Positions 25,148 to 33,808 of a stretch of DNA of 60,632 nucleotides are shown here, piece after piece. Positions within the stretch are counted from its first letter, which is position 1. Every line of letters begins with the position of its first letter. Under the pieces are notes generated by a model. The model did no database searches. It saw only the letters and a program-made list of their open reading frames with translations, and was not told where the DNA came from. Location of the stretch: positions 1 to 60,632 of IMG/VR virus record IMGVR_UViG_3300017917_002028, one strand, 5' to 3'. This stretch comes from a virus. The position numbers and the translations under genes were made by a program.

Positions 25148-27556
25148 TCATTCCCCGTCCACCGCGAAATAAACGTCCCCCGCATAGTTCCACTGCACGC
25201 CAGGCGCGCGGGTGAGGGCCCCGGCCTCGACGGCAGTGTCCATGAGTTCTTTGAACTGACGTGCCGACATGGCCATGAGCTTGAGCAGTTTGGAATGCGG
25301 CATACCGCCTTGCGTGCAGATCGCGCCGAAGCGGGCATCCTTGGCGTACTTGCGGGCGGCCTTGATGAACTTGATGGCCCGCTTGATGTCGGCGTCCACC
25401 TGCCCCTGCACTCGCTCGCGCCGCACAGCCCGGATCAGATCCAGATCGTAGTGGCGCACGTACTGGATGGCCCATTCAAGTTGTGCGGGCATCACGCGCC
25501 GGGCGTTCGGATCGCAGGCCTTGGCCACGATCATGGCCAGACGCATGGCCTTCTCCATGGTCCGCCCGAGAATCACGTCCAGGCCCTCCCCTTCGCTGGC
25601 CTCCTTCTCGTCGTTGAGTTCCGATTCCAGCGCCTGCATGAGCGGCATGCACGACTCGTCGAAGTCCAAGGCGATGATGGTGGCCGGCATTTCTGCCGGG
25701 TTCACGTCCGCCAGATTGCCTTGCGTGGCCCCCGACACGTGCACGGCCTGGCACCAGTCGATGATCCGCTGCGGTGGCTCTGTGCGGTCCACAAACCGGG
25801 TCAGTTGCCGCGGTTGCTTGGACTCCACCACGATGCACCGGCCCAGAAAGCCGTCTTGCACCAGGTCGGAAGTGAGCGCCGAATAGAACGTGCCCGGGGT
25901 GGTGGCGCCCAGCAGACTGATTGCCGGGTTGTGCACCACGCGCTCGACGCCTGCCGCCTGCGCCTTCGAGAGCGTCATGGTCGAATAGGTGGGCGGGCGC
26001 ATCACGCCGTCCAGGCGGCCAAAGGCCTCGATGAGCTTGTCGATCGCCGCTTCGCTGTGGGCCTGCCCGTTGGCACGCGAGATCTTCAAGAGCTTGCCCA
26101 GTTCGTCGATCGTGGCCAGGTGGGCGGGTGACTTGAGCAAGGCCGAGAACACGCCACCGGCCGAGGTGTAGCCGCTGCCGCCGATGAGCTTATCGAGGCC
26201 GGCTTTGGTCAGGATTTTTTCGACGCTGGCCTGCGGGTGCTCTTTGCCTTCGGTGGACTTGGCCACCATGACCATGTAGAGGCTCGTGTAGTTGCCGTAC
26301 TGGCTGCGATAGGTGCGGGCCATGATGACCGAGCCCAGGGCCACGGCAGCGGCCACCGACAGTTCGGGCTGTGCCTTGGGGGCCGTGGCCGTGATCCAGC
26401 GGGCAATGTCGCCCAGGATGCCGGGCGGGTTGGCGATGAATGCGGGGATGGCTGGCGCCGGGTCGAAACTGGTCTGCGGTGGCAGCATCACGGGCGTGGC
26501 CGGTGCTGCAGGCTTGAGCCATGGCAGGGTAAGGGGCACGCTGACGGCGGCCTGCGCTGCAGGCTTTGGGTTGTTGGCCGGCTGGCCCCCGACGGTCATG
26601 GTGATGGGCTCAGGTTCCGAAAGCTGCAGGCATGCCCGCAAGGATTCGGCGGCCTTCTGGAAAGACAGCCCGTTGGCGTACATGACCAGATCGATCGGGG
26701 TCATGCCGTAATTGCCGCCGAAGTCGAAGATGCCATGTGGGTGCACGCCGACGTTCGGATTCTTGGCGCCGCGCCAGGTGGCCACGGTACGAAAGCCGTC
26801 GCGCTCAGGCTTGGACATCGGCACGATCTTGGGCACCCAGTCGCCCAGCCGCTGCAGCGCCGCGCGGTTGAGGTCACGAAAGTACGCGGCCTGGATGGAC
26901 AGGTCGGTGTTGATCGGGTCCGCGCTGTCGGCTGGGGCGGTCTGCTTCTTCTGGTACTTCTTGTCCTCCTGCGTCTGGTACGGCTCCAGCGTGCGGGCGA
27001 CTTGCTCCAGGAAGTCGTCGGGCAGCGCGGGCAGATCCTTGGGGTCGTAATCCTCCAGCAGATCTTCGGTCAGGTAGATGTAGGTGTGCCCGTCCGGGTG
27101 AATGGTCCCGGGCATGAGGGTCTGGCGCCCGTCCGAGAGCACATCGAGCACGCGAGCGCCGCCGATGTTGAAGCTGCAGGACTTCTCGCCGTTGTAGCGG
27201 AAGAAGGCGGTGTAGCCCTTGGCGCCCTTCTTCTTGACGGGCGTGTACGGGATCAGGCGCTCAAGGGCGTCGGTACCGGGGGCGTCATAGTCTCGGTCGA
27301 GCCCGATCACGCCCGAGAGCTTGCCGGTCAGCAGCCCGATACCAGCACCGGGCCATGTCTCCCAAATCTGGACTTCGAGTTCCGTGGGCAGGCGCTGGTT
27401 GAACCGCTCCCAGTCGAACAGCCCGCGCCAGCCTTCGGCGGCGTCGTACTGTCCTGGCCGCTTGGTGCCCGGGGCGATGGGGACAACCGAGTATCCGCGT
27501 TCGAGGTAAGCGTAGGCGCGTCGCTCAAATGGCGACTGTTCTTTCTTTGAATCCAT
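25148..27556 (-). CDS. Replication protein: N-terminal primase-polymerase (PrimPol) plus DUF3987-type helicase-like domain
   Basis: YLERGYSVVPIAPGTKRPGQ...GIGLLTGKLSGVIGLDRDYD is the PrimPol pattern. The central and C-terminal regions resemble DUF3987. Confidence 0.8.
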   Translation of the reverse strand: MDSKKEQSPFERRAYAYLERGYSVVPIAPGTKRPGQYDAAEGWRGLFDWERFNQRLPTELEVQIWETWPGAGIGLLTGKLSGVIGLDRDYDAPGTDALERLIPYTPVKKKGAKGYTAFFRYNGEKSCSFNIGGARVLDVLSDGRQTLMPGTIHPDGHTYIYLTEDLLEDYDPKDLPALPDDFLEQVARTLEPYQTQEDKKYQKKQTAPADSADPINTDLSIQAAYFRDLNRAALQRLGDWVPKIVPMSKPERDGFRTVATWRGAKNPNVGVHPHGIFDFGGNYGMTPIDLVMYANGLSFQKAAESLRACLQLSEPEPITMTVGGQPANNPKPAAQAAVSVPLTLPWLKPAAPATPVMLPPQTSFDPAPAIPAFIANPPGILGDIARWITATAPKAQPELSVAAAVALGSVIMARTYRSQYGNYTSLYMVMVAKSTEGKEHPQASVEKILTKAGLDKLIGGSGYTSAGGVFSALLKSPAHLATIDELGKLLKISRANGQAHSEAAIDKLIEAFGRLDGVMRPPTYSTMTLSKAQAAGVERVVHNPAISLLGATTPGTFYSALTSDLVQDGFLGRCIVVESKQPRQLTRFVDRTEPPQRIIDWCQAVHVSGATQGNLADVNPAEMPATIIALDFDESCMPLMQALESELNDEKEASEGEGLDVILGRTMEKAMRLAMIVAKACDPNARRVMPAQLEWAIQYVRHYDLDLIRAVRRERVQGQVDADIKRAIKFIKAARKYAKDARFGAICTQGGMPHSKLLKLMAMSARQFKELMDTAVEAGALTRAPGVQWNYAGDVYFAVDGE

Positions 27557-27589
27557 GTACTGCCTTGTTGCGTGCCGTTGCCACGGCGG

Positions 27590-27751
27590 TTACTTGTGCG
27601 CTCTGTCGCCCATCGGCCGGCAATCGCACCTGCGCCCCTGGTTGCAGTCTCCGGTGCACCCCGATTCCACCGGATCGCGGGCCACGTGCAGCAAGCACAT
27701 GACGAAGATGCCGACCCAGCAGCCGAGCACGAACAAAACGATCCCCATCAT
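27590..27751 (-). CDS. 53-aa membrane peptide with a Cys-rich tail
   Basis: Hand translation MMGIVLFVLGCWVGIFVMCLLHVARDPVESGCTGDCNQGRRCDCRPMGDRAHK, with ATGA overlap onto the upstream stop. Confidence 0.5.
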   Translation of the reverse strand: MMGIVLFVLGCWVGIFVMCLLHVARDPVESGCTGDCNQGRRCDCRPMGDRAHK

Positions 27752-28233
27752 GGTGATACCCTCCCCTCGATTACGCGAGCACGCTTGTTACGAATGTCAT
27801 TGGTCACGATGTCCAGCGCCTTCTCGATCTCGGCCACGGTGCACTGTTCGAGTTGTGCGTCGTGGATCTCCAGCGCCAGATTGACGGCCTGCAACTCAGG
27901 CCCGGTGAAAACAAAGCGATCACCGCGCTCGATGCCGCGCCGCGTCATGGTCAAGAGAGCGTCCTGCGCCAGCCGGATCTCGCTCGACCAATCGCGGCCC
28001 AGGCCATCACGCACGCGGGCCAGCGCCTCGGTCATGTTGAGTGCCGCGATCAGCATGTCGATGTGGTCGCGCGTGCCGTGGCCCCGCGTGATTTCGGCCA
28101 TCGATGAATGGTTCTTGGTGCGCAGGTCGATGTATTCCTTGCGCACGTCGCGCAGCGGCTGCATGCCCTGCTTCACCCACGTCATCACGTCCAGGCGCAC
28201 GCCTTTGGGGCGGTACTTGGAACGCTTACGCAC
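27748..28233 (-). CDS. Hypothetical early-left protein
   Basis: 161-aa ORF with gene-like composition. Confidence 0.7.
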   Translation of the reverse strand: MRKRSKYRPKGVRLDVMTWVKQGMQPLRDVRKEYIDLRTKNHSSMAEITRGHGTRDHIDMLIAALNMTEALARVRDGLGRDWSSEIRLAQDALLTMTRRGIERGDRFVFTGPELQAVNLALEIHDAQLEQCTVAEIEKALDIVTNDIRNKRARVIEGRVSP

Positions 28234-28594
28234 GGCCAGCGTCCTTGCGGTAGATGCGCCGGCCTGACATGAGACTGGGCACGGCGAGGTGATCCTCAGA
28301 GCCCGGGCGCATGGGTGACATGCGCTGGCCGTTGTAGTCGCCGGTAGCGTGGAAGCGCCGGGGCGTGGCCACGGTGCACAGGACGGTATCTTCGGCGAGC
28401 AGCAGGCGGGCCTTGGTGGTGACGCTGAACTCGTCCTCGTTGCGCCTGAGTGCGCCCGAGATCACAAGCTGGCGCAGGCGCATGGCGTGACGCACGATCT
28501 TGGGGAACATCTCTTTGAAGTCCTCTAGCGTGACCGGCCCGTGCTTGGCGATCTGCGAGAGCAGTTCGAGGTTTTCTTTGCTGTACGGCTTCAC
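28226..28594 (-). CDS. Hypothetical early-left protein (cII-like position)
   Basis: 122 aa. Its start overlaps the cro-like stop. Confidence 0.65.
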   Translation of the reverse strand: MKPYSKENLELLSQIAKHGPVTLEDFKEMFPKIVRHAMRLRQLVISGALRRNEDEFSVTTKARLLLAEDTVLCTVATPRRFHATGDYNGQRMSPMRPGSEDHLAVPSLMSGRRIYRKDAGRA

Positions 28595-28854
28595 TTCAAC
28601 TTCCTTGCGAATTTCTTGGCCTCGTCGTGGCCTCGCTGCACAAGGTCGGGCCGGACGATCTCCAGCGGCAGTCCGGCCATAACGGCAACGGTCTGCGCGT
28701 GACGGTCAGGGATTCGGCGCCCCCACTTGGCAACGGTCTGCACGCTCACCTGGCAGCGTTTGGCCACGGCGCCGCCGCCCCCGGCCATAGCGATCACCCC
28801 GGCGACCGTGAACCCCACCGGGGCGTCTGGTCTAAGTGCTTGATTCTTGGTCAT
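28591..28854 (-). CDS. cro: Cro-like (YdaS/Cro family) HTH regulator
   Basis: AVAKRCQVSVQTVAKWGRRIPDRHAQTVAVMAGLPLEIVRPDL, divergent from the cI-like gene. RBS AAGAGG. Confidence 0.7.
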   Translation of the reverse strand: MTKNQALRPDAPVGFTVAGVIAMAGGGGAVAKRCQVSVQTVAKWGRRIPDRHAQTVAVMAGLPLEIVRPDLVQRGHDEAKKFARKLK

Positions 28855-28868
28855 GCCTCTTGATTGTG

Positions 28869-28883
28869 TTAAGAAAAACTCAA
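28869..28883. promoter_or_regulatory. Dyad TTAAGAAAAACTCAA in the cro/cI intergenic region
   Basis: Read directly. It lies 29 nt upstream of the cro-like ATG. Confidence 0.5.
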
Positions 28884-28977
28884 TGTTAGTCTAAATCAAC
28901 CGATATAGGAAGGTTGTTGTTTTCTTGACGAAGCAGTAATGTGTCTGCATCGACCGATCGAACGACCGAGGTACCCA

Positions 28978-29604
28978 ATGAAAACCACCCTTGCGCAACG
29001 TATCCGCGCTGCCCGCACTGCCATCACGCCGACCATCACTCAGCGTGACGTGGCCAAGCGATTCAACCTGTCGCCCAGTGCGGTGAACCTGTGGGAGTCG
29101 GGCAAGACCGAGCCCAGCGCCACCGACCTGGCCGAGCTGGCCAAGTGGTTCAACGTCAGCGCCGACTGGTTGCTGGGTGTCGAGTCAAAGATGCCGGCAC
29201 AGCACCGGCCCAAGGACTCCCCGCCTCTGTGGTCGGTGCCCGTCGTCACGCCCTCGTCGCTCGTGCGCTGGCACTGGGACGCCGTTACCGAGATCCTGCA
29301 GACGGCGGTGGCCTACCCGCCGCAAACAGCCGCGGCCGTGCTGGTGTCCACGGACGCGCTGGCCAGCACCTGCCCGACCGGGTGCTATGCGGTGGTCTCC
29401 AAGGCGCACAACGTCGAGCCCGGGCAGATCGTCATGGCCAGTGTCGGCAAAGCCAGCGAGCCCGTCCTGCGCAAGTACGTCAGCGAGGGCGGTACCGGCC
29501 TACTGGTCGCCGACGACATGCGCTACCCGTCCTATCGCATGGACGAAGGCGTGAAGATCATCGGGCGCGTGACCGAGATCTGCATGCGTCGTGTCCTGCA
29601 TTGA
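28978..29604 (+). CDS. cI: CI-like repressor (XRE HTH plus S24 LexA-type peptidase domain)
   Basis: Start at MKTTLAQRIRAARTAITPTITQRDVAKRFNLSPSAVNLWESGKTEP. The C-terminal domain has ASTCPTG...VLRKY (Ser/Lys dyad-like). Confidence 0.85.
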   Translation: MKTTLAQRIRAARTAITPTITQRDVAKRFNLSPSAVNLWESGKTEPSATDLAELAKWFNVSADWLLGVESKMPAQHRPKDSPPLWSVPVVTPSSLVRWHWDAVTEILQTAVAYPPQTAAAVLVSTDALASTCPTGCYAVVSKAHNVEPGQIVMASVGKASEPVLRKYVSEGGTGLLVADDMRYPSYRMDEGVKIIGRVTEICMRRVLH

Positions 29605-29615
29605 CACACCCAGGT

Positions 29616-29652
29616 GCGGCCGTTGTGACAAAACAACGCGCCGCTTTTTTTT
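29616..29652 (+). terminator. Rho-independent terminator after the cI-like gene
   Basis: GCGGCCGTTGT-gacaaa-ACAACGcGCCGC (one bulged base) followed by T8. Confidence 0.8.
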
Positions 29653-29662
29653 GCCTGAGTGG

Positions 29663-29690
29663 TTGAGTTTTTCTTTACTTTCGATATAGT
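29663..29690 (+). promoter_or_regulatory. Sigma70-like promoter of the rightward recombination/replication operon
   Basis: TTGAGT, 16-nt spacer, TATAGT. Confidence 0.6.
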
Positions 29691-29700
29691 TCGCTCCGCG

Positions 29701-29719
29701 TTAAGTTTTTCTCAACCGC
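29701..29719 (+). promoter_or_regulatory. 19-mer TTAAGTTTTTCTCAACCGC (dyad motif), copy 1
   Basis: Begins 43 nt upstream of ATG 29744, about 11 nt downstream of the -10 element. Confidence 0.6.
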
Positions 29720-29743
29720 AACCAACGAAGGAGCGAACGTCAC

Positions 29744-29959
29744 ATGTCACTGAAACGCTACGTGCAACGTGTCTGGAATGTGGTCTTTCCGACCGCATCA
29801 CCGGATGAATTGCGCAGTCACCTGCTGCGCGAAGCGCAGTTAAACCACCTGCAGGCCATGGCCACCGCAGAAGAACACGAGGTCACCGCCGCGTACTACC
29901 GCGAGCAGGCCTCGATGCTTGAGGCGCGCATCACCCGACTGGAGGCGCCACGTGTCTGA
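29744..29959 (+). CDS. Hypothetical protein
   Basis: 71 aa, RBS GAAGGAG. Confidence 0.6.
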   Translation: MSLKRYVQRVWNVVFPTASPDELRSHLLREAQLNHLQAMATAEEHEVTAAYYREQASMLEARITRLEAPRV

Positions 29960-30329
29960 CCTCAAGCAACTGTCCGCCGACTGGCTCAAGGCCAAGGCCG
30001 AGGAAGCTGCCGCCAACAAGCGCCGTGTCGCCATCGAAGAACAGATCGTGGCGCTTACCGGCAAACGCGACGAAGGCAGCCAGACCCACGAGGCCGAAGG
30101 CTTCAAGGTCACAGTCACCGGCAAGGTGAGCCGCAAGATGGACTGGGACAAGTGGGAACAGGTCAAGTCCCAGATCGCGCCCAACCTGCACCCCGTCAAG
30201 TTCAAACCCGAGTTGGACGAGAAGGGCGTGAAGTACCTGCAAGCCAATGAGCCCGAGATTTACGCCCTCTTGCCCATTGAAGTGAAACCGGCCAAGACGG
30301 CCATCGAAGTGAAAGCAATCGAAGCATGA
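29952..30329 (+). CDS. Hypothetical protein of the recombination module
   Basis: GTG start after GGAGG (VSDLKQLSADWLKAK...). Confidence 0.6.
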   Translation: MSDLKQLSADWLKAKAEEAAANKRRVAIEEQIVALTGKRDEGSQTHEAEGFKVTVTGKVSRKMDWDKWEQVKSQIAPNLHPVKFKPELDEKGVKYLQANEPEIYALLPIEVKPAKTAIEVKAIEA

Positions 30330-30514
30330 ACGGAAAGAAAGCCAAGGCCTTGCGCCGTGCCATCGGATTCACCCCAGGCGAGCCGCGTGCGTACAACGTG
30401 TCGGGAGCCACACGGTTCTTCACCGGCCACCACACCGCCACCGGCGCCCGCCGCAACTACCAGTCGATCAAGCGCCACCCTGCGCTGATGCGTGCTGTTC
30501 TGGGGGCTGCGTAA
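30326..30514 (+). CDS. Hypothetical basic protein
   Basis: 62 aa with ATGA overlap. Confidence 0.55.
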   Translation: MNGKKAKALRRAIGFTPGEPRAYNVSGATRFFTGHHTATGARRNYQSIKRHPALMRAVLGAA

Positions 30515-30732
30515 TGGCCAAGGTCACTATCACCATCGAGGACACCGACAACGGCCAGATCAACGTCGGCGCCGACTTCGGCGAAGCGATCGAGGACACC
30601 AGCCAGGCTCACGGCATGGGCCAGGTGCTGCTGCAGTCCATCCTGACCAACGCCAAGAGCTACCAGACCATCGAGGACACGGCGCCCGAGCACAACGTCG
30701 AGCCGTCCCGAATCATCACCGCCACCAACTGA
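30514..30732 (+). CDS. Hypothetical acidic protein
   Basis: 72 aa. Its start overlaps the upstream stop. Confidence 0.6.
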   Translation: MAKVTITIEDTDNGQINVGADFGEAIEDTSQAHGMGQVLLQSILTNAKSYQTIEDTAPEHNVEPSRIITATN

Positions 30733-30753
30733 ACGAACGAAGGAACCTGAACC

Positions 30754-31524
30754 ATGGCATTCGACCTCTCCAGCATTACACGCGGCAAGCGCCTGCGTGC
30801 CCCCAAGATCGTGGTCTACGGCCCGCCCAAGGTCGGCAAGTCCACGTTTGCCGCGAGCGCACCCAACGCGGTCGGCATCATCACCGAAGAAGGCCTGGAC
30901 AACATCGACGTGGCCGCCTTCCCCAAGGCCAACACCTTTGACGAGGTAATGCAGGCGCTCGCCACGCTCTACACCGAGGCGCACGAGTTCCAGACCGTGT
31001 TCGTCGATTCCGTGGACTGGCTGGAGCCGCTGATTCTGGCCAAGGTCTGCGCCGAGCACCGCGTCAAGAACATTGAGGAAATCGGCTACGGCAAGGGCTA
31101 CATCATGGCCGACGACCTGTGGCGCCAGTTCTTCGACGGCCTGGACGCCCTGCGCAACCAAAAGAACATGACCATCATCTGCATCGCGCACGAGCAGATC
31201 AACAAGGTCAAGAACCCCACGCTCGCCGACGACTACGACGCCTACAGCCTCAAGCTCAACAAGCGGGCTGTGGCCATCATCAACGAGTGGGCCGACGTGA
31301 TCGGGTTCGCTGCGCATGAGGTCATCACTCGCTCCACGGATGCCGGCTTCAACCAGAAGGACATCAAGGCGATCAGCACCGGCGCCCGCAAGCTGCACCT
31401 GAACCCGCACCCCGCCTACATCGCGGGCAACCGCTACGGCATGCCGGACTGCGCCCTGAACTGGCCCGCATTCCAGCAGGGGTTGACTGCCGCAATGACG
31501 GCCGGCACTTCTTCGGCCGCCTGA
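30754..31524 (+). CDS. RecA-superfamily AAA ATPase (Sak4-type recombination protein)
   Basis: Walker A YGPPKVGKST and Walker B-like VFVDSVD. It is followed by a DUF669-like gene. Confidence 0.75.
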   Translation: MAFDLSSITRGKRLRAPKIVVYGPPKVGKSTFAASAPNAVGIITEEGLDNIDVAAFPKANTFDEVMQALATLYTEAHEFQTVFVDSVDWLEPLILAKVCAEHRVKNIEEIGYGKGYIMADDLWRQFFDGLDALRNQKNMTIICIAHEQINKVKNPTLADDYDAYSLKLNKRAVAIINEWADVIGFAAHEVITRSTDAGFNQKDIKAISTGARKLHLNPHPAYIAGNRYGMPDCALNWPAFQQGLTAAMTAGTSSAA

Positions 31525-31543
31525 TTAAGTTTTTCTCAACCGC
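31525..31543 (+). promoter_or_regulatory. 19-mer TTAAGTTTTTCTCAACCGC, copy 2 (exact)
   Basis: It starts immediately after the TGA of the ATPase gene and again 43 nt upstream of the next ATG (31568). Confidence 0.6.
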
Positions 31544-31567
31544 CATTCACCAAGAAAGGATTGAACG

Positions 31568-32110
31568 ATGGCATCACTGAACGGCTTTGACGCCTCCCAA
31601 GTACCCGAGCAAATGGAGTTCACCGCGCTGCCCGAGGGGCAGTACGTGGTGATCGCCACCGCATCGGAAATGAAGCCCACCAAGAACGGCCAGGGCCAAT
31701 TCCTCCAGTTCACCTTCGAGGTTCTGGACGGTCCGCGCAAGGGCAGCAAGCTCTGGGCACGCCTGAACCTGGTCAACCAGAACCAGACCGCCGTGGACAT
31801 CGCCCAGCGCGAACTCGGTGCGATCTGCCGCGCCGTCGGGGTCATCAAGCCCAACGACAGCGCCGAACTGCACAACCGCCCGTTGCTGGTGACCGTGGCC
31901 GTCGAGGTTGACGACCGCAAGCGCGAGGGCAACGTCATCAAGAAATACGAGCCGGTCAATGCCGGTGGTGCTGCGCCCGTGAACAACGCCGCGCCGGTCG
32001 GTGCTGCCCCTTGGGGCGCACAGCAGCAGCAAGCCGCGGCACCTGCAGCCGCGCCTGCCGCGCAACCGTGGAACGCAGCCGCTGCTGGCGCTGCGCCCTG
32101 GCAGAAGTAA
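31568..32110 (+). CDS. DUF669-like ssDNA-binding-type protein
   Basis: N-terminus ...FTALPEGQYVVIATASEMKPTKNGQGQFLQFTFEVLDGPRKGSKLW and a Gln/Ala-rich tail. Confidence 0.6.
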   Translation: MASLNGFDASQVPEQMEFTALPEGQYVVIATASEMKPTKNGQGQFLQFTFEVLDGPRKGSKLWARLNLVNQNQTAVDIAQRELGAICRAVGVIKPNDSAELHNRPLLVTVAVEVDDRKREGNVIKKYEPVNAGGAAPVNNAAPVGAAPWGAQQQQAAAPAAAPAAQPWNAAAAGAAPWQK

Positions 32111-32215
32111 GGAGTACGGGCCGAAAGCGGATGCTGCTGTACCAGCGCCGGTGACGATCAGCGGACGCAGCGAGTAGGCCCTTCCCCAATCCCCTCAACA
32201 ACTGGAGAAACCCAA

Positions 32216-32488
32216 GTGACCCAACCGACCCCGACGCCCTTCGATCCGGCGCAAGTGCCGATCAACTACACGCTGAACTTCCACCAGGTCAACCTGATCC
32301 TTGAAGGCCTGTCCGAACTGCCGCGCAAGAAGTCCGAGGGCTTCTACGAGCAGTTCCGCAGTGTCGCCCTGCAGACCCTGCAGATCGCCGAGCAGGCCGC
32401 CAAGGACGCAGCCGAGAAGGCAGCGGCAGACGAAGCAGCCCGCAACGCAGAACCCGAGGCCGCCACGGCAGAAAGCGCCGAAGCATGA
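32216..32488 (+). CDS. Hypothetical protein
   Basis: 90 aa with a GTG start after GGAGAA. Confidence 0.6.
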   Translation: MTQPTPTPFDPAQVPINYTLNFHQVNLILEGLSELPRKKSEGFYEQFRSVALQTLQIAEQAAKDAAEKAAADEAARNAEPEAATAESAEA

Positions 32489-33006
32489 CCATGCAGCAAT
32501 ACATTGGCGTCAAGCTGATTAACGCCAAGCCGATGACGCGGCAGGCCTACAACGACTTCCGCGGCTGGACCTTGCCTGCCGACGAGAACGGTGCTGACGA
32601 GGGCTATCTGGTCGAGTACCTGGACGGCGGCCGTGGCAACACCGACCACTACGCCGGCTACGTGTCCTGGTCGCCTGCCGACGTGTTCGACCGCGCCTAC
32701 CGCAAGACCAGCGGCATGACCTTCGGGCTTGCGCTCGAAGCCTTGAAGCTGGGCAGCAAGGTGGCGCGTACTGGCTGGAACGGCAAGGGCATGTGGCTGT
32801 CGCTGTCTGCCCATAACGCCAGCACCCGCATGGTCCCTGCTGGCGGATTCTGGTCAGAGAACAACGCAGAGTACGCCCGCTCGATCGGGGGCGCTGCGCC
32901 GGTGCTTCCCTGCATCACGATGAAAACCGCCACTGGCGAGATCCTGATGGGCTGGCTGGCCAGTCAGACGGACATGCTGGCCGAAGATTGGGAGATCGTG
33001 GAATGA
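32485..33006 (+). CDS. Two-domain protein with a C-terminal DUF2829 (Tad2-type) domain
   Basis: FGLALEALKLGSKVARTGWNGKGMWL...ITMKTATGEILMGWLASQTDMLAEDWEIVE matches my recollection of the DUF2829 pattern. Confidence 0.65.
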   Translation: MTMQQYIGVKLINAKPMTRQAYNDFRGWTLPADENGADEGYLVEYLDGGRGNTDHYAGYVSWSPADVFDRAYRKTSGMTFGLALEALKLGSKVARTGWNGKGMWLSLSAHNASTRMVPAGGFWSENNAEYARSIGGAAPVLPCITMKTATGEILMGWLASQTDMLAEDWEIVE

Positions 33007-33413
33007 GCACCGACGCCCAAATCGAAGCCGAGATCCAGTCCAAAGGCAAGACCGCGCCGCGCATCACGCCCGCCGACATCGAAGCGAACATCCTGATGGA
33101 GAGCTACTTCACGGCTGCTGACGGGGTTCGCGCCACGGGCAAGGAAGCAGTCATGGAGCACACGCTGCTGACCTTCTGCGTGCTGGTGCTGCGCAACGGA
33201 TTCACCGTCACCGGCGTGTCGGCCTGCGCCAGCCCTGAAAACTTCGACGCAGAAATCGGCCGCAAGATTGCGCGCCAAAACGCCGTCGAAAGAGTCTGGC
33301 CCCTCATGGGCTACGAGCTTCGCTCCAAGCTGGCCGCTGCGGCCGACAACGACTTCCCTCTCGGGAATGCGTGCGATCTGTCTGGCGAAGGCACCTGCGA
33401 GGCCTGCCAGTAA
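33003..33413 (+). CDS. Gp49-like phage protein
   Basis: Start at MSTDAQIEAEIQSKGKTAPRITPADIE, then ...TFCVLVLRNGFTVTGVSACASPENFDAEIGRKIARQNA. ATGA overlap. Confidence 0.5.
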   Translation: MSTDAQIEAEIQSKGKTAPRITPADIEANILMESYFTAADGVRATGKEAVMEHTLLTFCVLVLRNGFTVTGVSACASPENFDAEIGRKIARQNAVERVWPLMGYELRSKLAAAADNDFPLGNACDLSGEGTCEACQ

Positions 33414-33523
33414 CGAACGGCACGGGCCGAGACTCCCGGCCCGGATCACCGCCCAAACGCGGGGCGCTGCCAAATGCGTGACAGCCGGGAGAGACCGGCA
33501 CCGAACAACGAGGGACCGAATCA

Positions 33524-33808
33524 ATGAATTACGAAGAACACGTGCGCGCAATGTTGCGGCACGCCACCGAGAAATGCAGCACCGACCAGCAGGCCGCCAC
33601 CGAAATGGGCGAAGTCGTCAAGGCGCTGGGCAATGGCATTGCCCTCGTCGCCATGGGCCTGCCGCAGCAGTACATCGCCGCTTTTGTCGTCGAGGTCACG
33701 AAGGCCATCGCCGCACAGATCCACGAATACCAGATTAAGCACGGCGCCGCGGTGGACGCTGAGACATTCCTGCGCGATCACTTCAACCCGGGGGTGTTCA
33801 ATGGCTGA
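33524..33808 (+). CDS. Hypothetical protein
   Basis: 94-aa ORF. Confidence 0.6.
   Translation: MNYEEHVRAMLRHATEKCSTDQQAATEMGEVVKALGNGIALVAMGLPQQYIAAFVVEVTKAIAAQIHEYQIKHGAAVDAETFLRDHFNPGVFNG

Noticed and set aside
28978-29604. Possibility that the CI-like repressor lacks the S24 catalytic serine and so cannot be cleaved.
   Set aside because: One alignment puts Ala at the GDSM serine position. However, the adjacent ASTCPTG segment aligns well with the S-M-x-P-T motif, and a Lys (VLRKY) is present. The Ser/Lys dyad is therefore probably intact.
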